IMG/VR virus record: IMGVR_UViG_3300009068_002517
Span: 1-26,363 of that record
DNA: 26,363 nt
Strand: one strand, 5' to 3'
Source: a virus
Lineage: Duplodnaviria > Caudoviricetes
How positions within the stretch are numbered: the stretch's first letter is position 1; the number at the start of each line of letters is the position of its first letter. The translations under genes were made by a program, and so were the position numbers. A model generated the notes under the pieces. It was not told the origin of the DNA. It made no database searches and saw only the letters and a program-made list of their open reading frames with translations. This document shows positions 9,701 through 21,700 of this stretch, in pieces.

Positions 9701-12700
9701 CCATAGTTTGATTTGTTAGTGTTACTAGATTGCCTGTTGCAACAGTATTAGCCAGGGTATATACAACTGGATCTGTTTGTGTAGAGATTGTAAATGTCTG
9801 TGAGCTACAAATTGTATGGACATAATATACTTCATTGGCAATGATGTTTCCAAATACATCACCAGTAAAGAATATAGGCATATTAACATAAAAACCATTG
9901 GTTCCGCCTGTTCCAGTAGGATTAAGAGGAACTGTTATAATATTTGAATCTTCAATAGAAGTTACTTCAAGTATGCCTGGATAGTTAACAGTTAGTATAG
10001 CCTGATTGATAACCTGAGCAGTGTAGAGTGTAACAGTATCAGCAGCAGCGGTTGCTGTAGTTAACGGGTACACCGAACCTGATTCTGTTTGTGAAATAGT
10101 AAACAATACGTCACTAACAATGCTTTGGACATAATACGTTACATCAGTAATAATGCCACCAATTGATGCTCCATCAATTTTAATTGGCATACCTACGTAA
10201 AAACCTATTGTAGAACCTGATGCTGTAGGTTCACCAACACCGCCGTCGTAAGGATTAAGCCTAATAGTGTTAGAACCTGAATAGGTGTTTGTTACTCTAC
10301 GAGGGAATCCTGACCAAGAATATATAACTTGATTTTCAACTTGGTCTATTTCTAATCCAATTCCTTGTCCACTGGCAAGAACTGAACCTATTGGAGGACT
10401 GGTACTTTCTAGTTGAATAGCCGAACTAGAAATCTGATTGTAATTTCCAGCATAGCTAGCACCATAGAACTGCTCAGGCAACCACTCAACTACTTGAGGT
10501 TCATAAGAAGTTCTATCAAAACGCATAGTAATGATATTTTCTCTTACAGGTGTTGAATTTGTAATTGCAAATGCTCTAGCACCTAAATTGAGAGATTGGC
10601 TAGAACCAGTACCTGTAGAATTAAAATTAATTCTAAAGTTGTCATTGATGGCATCATCATAGCTTGTATACAGTGCAATAGTAGTTACTGGTGTACTGGA
10701 TAATACATTCACATAATACCATTCCCCGTCTACTAAAGGTCCAATTGCAGTTGTAGCTACGCCAACTTCATATTGTACTTGATCACCAGTAACTAAGTTT
10801 GGAGCCTCGAATGTAATAGTGTTTAAGATAACATTAACTGAACCACTACCAAAAGTATATGTTTCGGCGGGATCAACTACGATTGTTGGTAGTACAGCAT
10901 ACCCTGAGCCAGGATTGATTACTTCAATTTCTAGCACCGAGTCTACGTTCATCACCGCTGCAAATACAGCAGGTACACGAGGAGCTGGGTAAATTGAAGT
11001 ATCAATATATGCAGTGACTCTAGGTGGTTCTGTGTAACTATGTGATCCATAAACTACTAGAACCGGTGGTAAGTCAGTATAAATTAATTCTCCAGGTAAA
11101 TGATTATTAATAGGAGTACCATTTAGTCCTCTTGACAATCCACCTAAGGTGTATGTTTCACGATTTACAGTTTCATAAGAAATTAACTCAGTACCTATTT
11201 TAACTGTACCTGCTACAGGGAATCCATTAATGTTAGATACTGCAATTTCAGTTGTATTAATTGAAATATAAGATTCCAACGTAGCGATATTGAAATCAGG
11301 ATGACCAGTAATAGATAATCCATAATTCTGATACCACTGAGTATATTCCTGTTGATTCCAAATTGGATTCTCAGGTAAGAATTGACTATCACTACTTGGA
11401 TTACTATAAACCAATTCAGGAGAAATAAATTGAGCGTCACTAGCAACATATTGAGCAGGTAAGTCAAAGTCAGTGACATTCATTAAGTATGGTTCTGTCT
11501 TAGTGTACTTGAACAAGAATTCTTTAAACACTACATGATAGGGCTTAACTTCGTTTAAATAACCATACAAGAAATCTTGATTATCTGAACTAAACACTTC
11601 ATATGGCTTTAATTCTCTGAGAGTATGAGTTACGTCAACCAATGAAGTTTTATTAAGCCAAGGTAGATAGTTTTGTGTTTCGGAAGTTTCCGCAACAATG
11701 TATTCAAATATAAGAATCAAACTCTTGTTTCTGTAAATTGCAAAATCATCAATATAAATCTGTTCGTTTAATGCTCTAAGAATATAATAAGTTTCTGTTG
11801 ACGGATACTGATCATATGGAGTTGTATCAAAATAATTGCCACCAAATCCAGTATTAGCTCCTGCATAATCCCATAGAGATGACTTAAATGCAATTGTACC
11901 ATTAGTCAAACCAATTCTAACCCAAACGCCATCTACCGTATAAATGTAAGTTTCAGAATTACCATTACCATTTGTAGTTACTTCAGCAATTGTACCAAAT
12001 GCTACAGAAAGGGTAGATAAATCAGAATACAAAGGCACTTGAACTGATGCTTTAGTATTATTATCATATCCAGTCGCCCACCAATTTACATATTCCCAAT
12101 AATCTGCTGTATTGTAGAAGGGACCTGATTTATACAAGAATGTTGCTTGCGGGCTAAGTTCTATAATAGGGAACTGAGCTAAAATTTCATTAGCATAAGT
12201 CAAATAATTTTTTACAGCTAATAATCTGAATAAGAAGAAGCTTTGCCTAGGTCTTACTTGAACACCTGAACGAACTGCTATTGGTAAGAATGGATCAGGT
12301 ACAACTTGTCCTGAATCATCTACACCTGACATACTAGCTAAGAATCTTCTGTATAAGTATTGAGGCTCTACGTTAGCGCCATATCGAGGTAATCCAGATA
12401 AAAAGTCATCAGCATAGTCTGCTCTAATTAGATCATATGATGTATGACCAACATCATCATTCGTACCAGTTGAATATCCAATATGAAATACCGAGTCATT
12501 AACGTTAATATAATCACCGGAATTATATAATCCAAATGTGTTTGGTAACAGAGGTGCAAAATAACTAATCCCTGAATTTTTAGGAGATCTAATATACGTT
12601 TCAATAATTGAATCTGATAGTGTATTACCTAATTTAGTGAATATTATATTTGTGTTTCTAACCCAGTAAAAATACACAGGTGCTAGAACATTATTGGCAT

Positions 12701-15700
12701 TTAAATCAAACTGAGTACAATATAAAGTAACATCATATGGTGTACCTGGTCCTTGGTAATTTATAGGTAAATCAATGCTTGAAATCCAAGAATATACTGC
12801 AACGTCACTTCCAGGGAACACAGTGCCCCAATATTGACTATTATAAACTAAATCATTTTGATGATAATTTACAAATCTAACATTGCTGGTATCAAACCAT
12901 AACTGCCCAACGTTGGTAACTCCCCATTTCAAATTGTTTTGATTATTGTAATTAGCCGGATCAACGTTAGAAACATAATCTATATTTTCACTTACAGCAC
13001 CAAGCAATTTACCTTGAAGAGGATCAATGTAGTCTAAATTTATTAGCGTTTCGTTGGTAAGTGCGCTAAACAATTGAGAATTTTGTATACGATTTATGTC
13101 AACTATTGGTGAGGAGCTTCTATAAAGAGACCAATCTTTTTCTCCACTCGTATTTAAGAAAGTGACAACTTGTCCATTTACATAATCAGGTCTGAACAGA
13201 GGGGCTCCCACTATTACTGAATAATTATTAAAATCAAGTGCCGTTCCATAATATGGTTGCTTACCATAATCAATATTTCTAGCATTGGCATTTTGTGCAA
13301 GCACATAGTCGCCAGTATTATTAATATTTTCATTATATACTGACAAGTAGTCAAACATATATACTGCACCGGCATTGACAAATATATCTACCCACTGAGT
13401 TGCATTATTATCAAATACAGTGTCGTTAGTAAAGTTTTCATCATCTGTAAAATCAAAAGTAGTACTGCTATAGCGTGAACCAACCGGAGCACTGGCTACA
13501 AAAGAATTTTGCTCATTAAATTTGATAGTAGTACCAAACTGATTACGTTCACCTAAATGCGGACAACTAACAGTTTGTGTTTTTGTATAAACTGTTATTC
13601 CTAATTCAGTTAGAGTATTAATATCAAAGACAGTAAGACTAAGACTTGCATTGGGTATTGCCAAGTCTTGATTAATTAGAGAGATAACCAAATATTCATT
13701 ATTACTACCTGAAGTAGTAGCAGTTATGTTAGTAACTTTATTAGAATTAATTGCATTAGCTGCTACCGTAGCATTACCTTCAGGTATTAGGACCAAATAA
13801 CCATTTAATAAAATAGGAATAGTTGCAGTAACATTGCAAATTGCCGTACCAAATATTTGACCATAACTAGTACCACCATTGGTATATCTAAATATACCAC
13901 CTTCTTCTACTTGATTATTAATCTGAAACGGAGCACTTACTAAAATTTCAGTTGATTGTAAATTATTAGCACTGGCTAATCCAAATTGTGAACCAATTGT
14001 ATAATTATTTGGATTGGTTAATTGTTGGAAGTAAGTAAACTTATTTCCACTAATATTAATAATGTCACCTGCTGTTAATGTACCTACATAATATAATGAG
14101 CTTCCTGCAATACCATATTGATTATCAGCAACTATAGTCCCATTTAAGGAAACGTAAATAGGAACAGTTTGCACACTAGCAATCATTCCATTACCATTTG
14201 AATTAGTCAATTGATACGGATTAAGTTGTTCTTTGCTAACTTTAATCCTAAATGTAGTATCATTTACTATGCTATGAATATAGTAAATTTGGTTAAATGA
14301 TATATTACTATTAGGGTAAACTGTACCGTAGAATATAACAGGATCATTAACATTAAATCTCCTAGTGCTAGCAGCGCATGTAATAGTATTGTTGGAACTA
14401 GATGTTTGAAAAACAGCAGTTCTAGCAGTTACGTGGTTCCAGCCCAATCTAAATACTTGAGGTAAACCTGGAGTGGTATTTACTTGCACTTCTACGTTTT
14501 GAACAGACCTACTAAAAAGATAAGCGGCGCCTGCATTGGTAATTGAATTTACTGTTTGATTTGGTGCGCCAATTGTTACTGTTTGACCATAATAATCGGT
14601 AGAGATTGAATAACCAAAGTTATCTCCTACAGTAGTCAACGATAATTCGTTACCGTCAATAACTGTTATATATCTATATGTTGTATTTGTTGCTGAACCA
14701 GTACCTGATCCAACTCCAGTTGCTATAAAAGATAACCCTACAATGTTATTAGTAGCACCTACTAGGGTAAAATCTGTAGTGCCTAAGTCAGTAATAGTAT
14801 AAGTTTTCCCTACTATAAAGAATCCGGCTGGTGTTGAAAAATTGTTTCTTCTGTAAACATATACAGAATTATTGTCATAGTCGGAAATATAAAGCCAATT
14901 CTTATCACCTGATATCGCAGTAGCAGCTCCCCAACTTGTTGTATTAGCCGGACCGGTAATTGGATTTTGATATAATATTAAGTCATCCGATAATACATTA
15001 TTTTCTAGTATGTATAGGTAAACTGCAGGCGTAGAATTTGTTGTAGATGTTAAAGTAGAGGTTAAAGTAGAGGTTAAAGTAGGTGTTAAAGTAGGCGTAG
15101 TAATTGGTCCACTTGCCACTGATGTATTCCAAGTCCAAGTACTTGGTGTTACTGTAAAGCTATGTGTTCCACCTTCTGCCGATATATCCCAAGCCCAATA
15201 AGTTGGATCTACCGAAAAGCTATAATTAGTAGTTGGCTCTGATATTACATATAAATCACCCGCGTGACTAATAGTAGTACCAAATGATCTATTGCCAGTA
15301 ATAGTCTGTACTAATTGATAAGTTTGTAAAACTTCATTGTAAGTATATCTATATACTTCTCCTACTCCACTATCTCCTACTAAATAACCTAATTTTGTAC
15401 CGGTTGCAACTGCACTACCATAAGTTGAACTATTTAATTTATTAAATTCTTGTTCATATTGATAGTTAATACTCTTTCTTAAGACTGCCCAATCACCAGT
15501 TGAATATGTATCTACCCATACTGTATTCTTAATGAACTCTGCATTCAATAAGTTTAAGTTATTAATATCCGCAGGAGTAGCAACACGTTGAGTTTGAAAA
15601 CTTAATCCCACACCCAAACCTGTAGCAAGTCTGATGTTAGGATCTAGATTTAGATTGATTATTACTCTAAATGGATCAACAATCTGAGTTGCAATATAGT

Positions 15701-18700
15701 AACCATTAATAGCAGCATTAAGATTAATAATTGCAAAGATATTGTATTGTGATAAATTATGTTGATTAGCAAAAGTAATCGTAACCGTACCATTTAAATT
15801 ATTTAAAGCTTGAGTTATTGGTCCAATTGATGCAGGAGTATACACTTGCCAAGTACCTAAATAACTTGCTAGCCAAACATATTCTCTTACATAGAAGTCA
15901 GATAAAGGAATTACCGTACCATTTTGATTTACAGCAGTTGGTAAATTAGCATAAAAATAAGATGACATTCTAACGTCATTATAATTTACATATCCTGCAT
16001 CAGGATATAAAGTAGATGGTTGGTTGATAGGAGTAACCGCTAGGATATCAGGATCATTGATTGAACGACCATAATTAAATAGCGAGTATAACGGAATTTC
16101 TTGTTCGGCACCTACAGTTGGGGCACCGTTAGTAAGAGCAACAATACTTGGATTACCAGTCATTAAGCTTTCACTAATCTTAAATTCTACAAAATTAGTG
16201 TTTAATACTCCACCAAACTCGCCTGCTTTAATAGCCCAATTTTCATAAATGTCATAATCTATTCCGCCCTGTGGTAGAGTTGCACCTTTAAATGCACTAG
16301 CTGCGTTTAGAGTACCTTTGTTTTTAATTAAATTTTTATAGACATTAATCTGTGTAATTTCAGTTAAATCTACTGTTGTTAGATAATCTCTTGGACGATA
16401 ACCAATTAAAGAAAAGCTTAATAAATCAGCATCTTCTTCTATATTAGCTTTGTTGCTATCATAATATAGGGTGCTTTCATAGGATCTAGTACTAGAATTT
16501 GGCAATAATCCTTTTTGAATTTGATCATATTCAGTCTTTCTCCAATTCTGTTCATTGAAGGTAGCACTTGGTTGAACTATTCTTAATGCTACCCAATACT
16601 TATTCTTGTAAAGTACAATAGAACCTTTAGTGTAAGTTATATCTTTGTTCCACTGCAATATATTGTCTTGGTTAAGAATAAAACCTGATGCAGTAAGAGT
16701 ACCGTCCCAAGCAGCGGTTTTACTACCTCTAACATAAATTCTAAGTTGTCTAGAACCAGTTACTAAGTCATATATAACATCATCAAATAAAGTAACATTA
16801 TTAAAGACAATACCGTCCTCTAGATTACCAATATTAAATTGTCCATATGCTAGTGAATCGCCATTATTAACTGGTCTAGCAAGGAACAAAGTACCATCTC
16901 TAAGAACAGTTAAATCGGTAGCTTGAATAGGATATAAATTCTGATTTAAAATGAAATTTTCTTGACGTATAGTAAGAGGTTGTACTATATATCCATCTCT
17001 ATTAATTTTTAAATATCCAGCTGCTGGATTAATAGTTTCTAAGCTACCATTTTCCCAACCTAACTGAACCCAATAAAGGAATTCAGATACCATTTGATTC
17101 CAACTAACTTCTATACCAGATTGAATCTCATCAAATACCATACCATGGGCACGTAAATATGCGCCATAACTAGTTAAAAACTGAGCAACTTCTTGTACAG
17201 TATAGAATAATGTGCCATACGGTACTATTACTTCTTCATCATAATAATCAGTAGCAAGTTTAACCGTTAGAGTTTCTACATTAACTACTTCATTTATTCC
17301 TGTGAATTTTGGTTTAAGAGTAGTAAAATATGCTTGTGTTTGAGAATTACCAAATACTAAATATCCTTCACTTGTTATCTGAACAATAACAGAACTATAA
17401 ATGATTCTATCAAAAGGTTGATTATCATATAATAGAACTTGATAACTTGCATCAGGAATTAATAGTGAAGCATTGGTACTATTAGGAGTAGCTTTTTCTA
17501 TATAAAAATTAATTAAATTCTTATCAGTAAACCCTGCTACTCTATAAACTAATCTAACATCTAAATTGTTTAATAAGTCAATAATATTTTGAGTAGCATC
17601 TACCCCTAATTGTTTTTCATAATCAACTACCCAGTTCATGTAACTTGTTTTGGGCGTACCAGTACCATAAACTTGAATGTTTGCAGGTACTAAGTGGCTA
17701 CGATTATTAACTAAGTATTGATTAAACTCTGTGTTGAATTTATAATTGTCTAGGTCAGCACATAAATTAAAGAATTGTGTAGGCTCGGTTAGAGCATATA
17801 TTCTCATTAAATCAAAGGGCCAAGAACTGCTTCTGCGATAACTTAATTCAGCAGGACCCTCATCTCCAACTTTCCAATCATGTTGAAATGTAGAAGCGGT
17901 ATAGTTACCAACAATTGCGTCAAACGGAGATAACAACTCACCTGCACTATTAACAGGTATTACTTGTAATAATTGAGGTCTTACAAATTGTTCTAATACT
18001 ACTGGATTACCATCATTCCAATCAATACCCGCTGCTAAATCATTCCAAAGAATCAAGTTATTACTGGTATAGGGTGCTGGACCATATCTAGTTTCCCACC
18101 AACTTGGTTGCTCTTGGAATCCTAACATCTGCCATGGAGTTAAATTAGGTGTAGTAGTATCATAATACCACTGATACACACCACGCCAATAACCCTGATA
18201 GATAGGTTCTTGATTTATCTTGTTTCCACTTTGATAATAGTTAAATGTAAATTGATCGTTTTTGTTGTATAACTGCTTCTTATAATCAATTCTATTTTGC
18301 CCGACCCAATTCAAAAACATTTTACTATAGATTTCTAAAATTTCACCATTAGTAAATGCAGTTTCTCTAAAAAATCCAGGTATAATGTCGTATTGCGATA
18401 TAGGAACACTAGTGCTTAATTTCAAGTTGTTGTAAACTCTAAGTTCAAATTCAAGTAAAGCTTGGTCTCTGAAGTCTACTAATACCCCTAAATTAGTATT
18501 GTAGGTACCATATAGCTTGTTATATGAACCATCATGGCCCTTAATAAAATATGTGGGCTGAGCATAATCTGAATCTAATACAACTTCGGGAATAAATGCA
18601 GGATATAATCCCAATTTAGTAGGAGTATTTGGAATATAACTACCATATGTTTGATTGTATTCTTTAATTGTAATTACAGCACCATTTTGTAAAGAAGATA

Positions 18701-21700
18701 TAATTGTTAGTGAAGGGGTAGTGGTACTAATAATATAATCTTGATTAGTAACCAATTGTTTGGTTATAGTTACGTTAGATATAGTAGTAGAAAGATAAAC
18801 TAATACACCTGAATAATTAGCAGTAGAGAAGTTATAAACTTGACTTAATGGGTAAGTCGGGGCGATAGATGGTGTAGTATATGTATAACTATTAATAATA
18901 TAGGGTGACTTTGATGGAATCATGTCACTCCAAAAGAATGGCTGAGATTGAATCTTAACTTGATTAATCTGAGTTAATGCATCATCTAATATAGTAGATG
19001 GATTAAATCTTTGTGTATAGTCTGTATTATTAACAGTGTCTACTAACAGAGTTTTAAATTTAATATATTCTCTGCTATTAAACATTAACGCATTGAATAT
19101 ATTTTGATTTGGTTTTCTTAAGAATGCACCAGGTAATACTAATGATGCACTATTTTGTATTATTCTGTCGCCCCATGGAACTAAATTACCCAAATCTCTG
19201 TAATTGTTTGATCCAAATACTTGACCGGTTGTGTTTGGATTATTATAAAATATAGTTTGATATTGATTTTTAATATCACCTACATTAGCAATTTCCAAGT
19301 TAGCATTAAGTGGATTATTACTTAAATTAATAGGAATGCTATAATATGCGGTGGTACTTACTTGATTACTAAACAATAATATTTGTACAACAGTGTCAAC
19401 TAGAATATCAACTAATATATGAACTACTGTAGAATTATTATTTACAGTATATTCATAATCGGTGCTAGGCAATAGTACATTGTTTATTAAAACTTTGATA
19501 ACAGGCCAATTAGTAGCAGAAGTATTATTTACTGCAACATCACATGTAAAAAATACTTGCGGATCTGTTATATTATAATCAAATTCAAATACTTGATATT
19601 GAATACTGGGTGATACAGCGGTTTGCCAACCTAATTCTCTATTATAAAGACTTCTAGTTTCATAGTTATAAACATAACCAGTATTGACATTTTGAGTTAT
19701 AGGTTGAAAATTGCTTACATAATCAAAAGTATCGGTATTAATAGATACGTCAAAACTAATATCGCCGATATTAGCCACTGTGCTATATCTAATTGGAAAA
19801 CCTAAAACTTGATCTTTTGTTCCTGTTCCAATGCCATATGCAAATAATTTACTACCAATAAACGAGCTTCCAACATATACTGCTTTATCACCAAAGCTAA
19901 TACCATTTTCGTCAAATACATCAAACAAAGGTGGCTGATTTACTGTATTTTTTTGTTGCGCTTGAAGCCATTCTAAACCATCATACCAAACACTTTTTCC
20001 TGCATAATTGTAACCATTAATCACAACAGCTTGATCACCGACTAGAATCTCACCATTTGGTGCTTCGCTTAATGTAAGAACAGGTGTTGTCCCTGATATA
20101 ACAGAATATCTAGCAATATATATTTTTGTTCTAACAGCAGGATCAGTTGCTGCTGCAAATACTACTCTAGCCCCATTGAATAATGAATAGTTATTAACTG
20201 GATCGGGAACAGCTATTAAAGATGCGGTAGTAGTTCCTGTAAAAAAACTATATGAGATAGTATCCCATACTACTTCTAAAGTCAAAGTAGTTGTCCCTGA
20301 AACAGAAGATATTTGTGTTTCAGGTGGTAATAAATTTGTTGAATCTGTTATGTACTGACCTACTTTGAAAGTACCTGTTACGTCAGCACCATCGATAGTT
20401 ATTACAGTGCTTTGTGGAGTCCAATAAAACTGCATTGTTCCAGTGCCAGTAGAAAGGTCAAATACACCTCCACCTTTAGTTTCTGAAATTGTAAATTTAG
20501 TACTGCTAACTACTTCTGAAACATAGTAATATTCACCCGCAACAATATTACCAAACACTGCTCCTGAGCTAATAGTAAATCTTACTAAATCGTTAACTCT
20601 AAATCCTGAAGTACTGCTGCATGTAATTTCGTCAGTCGTGCCATTAGTAGATGTGGCAGTGCGTGAACTTGTATATGTAGTTGTAGCAATTGTAGCGGTA
20701 TAGTCTGTATATACCTGAACATCAGGGTAATAATTCTCTTCGCCCGATACTAATAGCAAAGGATCGGTAGTGCGAAAATCTATAAAATTGAGAGGAGCTT
20801 TGCCTTCAGTACCTGAATCAAATAATCTTAAGTTTGGATAAAATTCAATGATAGGTCTTTTAGCTTTATTATATTGAGAAGCATATAATAATATTGTAGG
20901 ATCATTGTTGTATTCAGCAGTCGCTCTAATAACATCAATATGAAACCATCTATTGCTTCTAGACCAAGCATTTTTGCTTAATGCATTTCTAGCTATAGTA
21001 ATATAATCAGGATCTGTGGGTATATAAGGTATACCTGACCAACCACCTATGTCCCATGGGGTAGAGTCATATGGCAAATAGACCGATGTTGAAAATGATT
21101 CAGGAACTATAAGACTTGATACAGGAATAAGTTCTATTGCTGTACCTACACCTTCAACATAAAAATCTTCAACTGTGTATGCTTCAGGGACGATATTACC
21201 TTGAAATTGTACTTTTAATCCATTGGTAAACGTAACACCATTGGAAGAAGTATATGTAGTTTTACCTAATATTTCAGTCACAACATTAATGGTATCAGTC
21301 GTATTACTGTCAATAAGTCTAATCATCCCTACTTTATCGCTTGAAGTACCATCTTGATAATAAAGCGTGTCTAACTCAGCACTTAAGTAAGGTATTAATG
21401 TAATAATCGTTGCTGTATTTCTAAAAAACTGTCTACCTGAATAATCAGTACCATATTGCGCGGTAATCTTTTGATTAGTTGGAATACTGGTAGCAGGCGT
21501 AAGTTGTAATTGTGGATTAGAAGTAGATCCAATATAAGTAATTGTGAAAAATTGTGCGCTTACTAGTTGACCATAAGCCATTTCATTTGGATCACCTGTA
21601 TTGTAAAACATAACAGTTAATCCATTTAGTGAAGTTACTCCATCAATATCATTTAGAGTGTTTAGATAACTTCCATTTACTTGAGAGAAAGGAAGTATAC

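Larger units (their letters stand above)
13158..15422 (-). other. Seven FG-GAP-like blades (putative beta-propeller) within the giant protein, interrupted by inserts
   Basis: YGSAVA..LVGD, FGTTIS..VISEP, WGAATAISGD..ISD, FGYSIS..IGAP..AGAAYLF, FGLASA..VSAP..EGGIFRY, FGTTIK..ASAP..AGAVYMF, YGTALD..VGAP..GQVVTF. Confidence 0.7.

Noticed and set aside
7989-15218. Possible DGR template/variable repeat pair (111-nt Trp-motif copies, or the propeller blades)
   Set aside because: The 19 mismatches are not adenine-specific on either strand, both copies are coding, blade loops differ by indels, and no reverse transcriptase is in the window.
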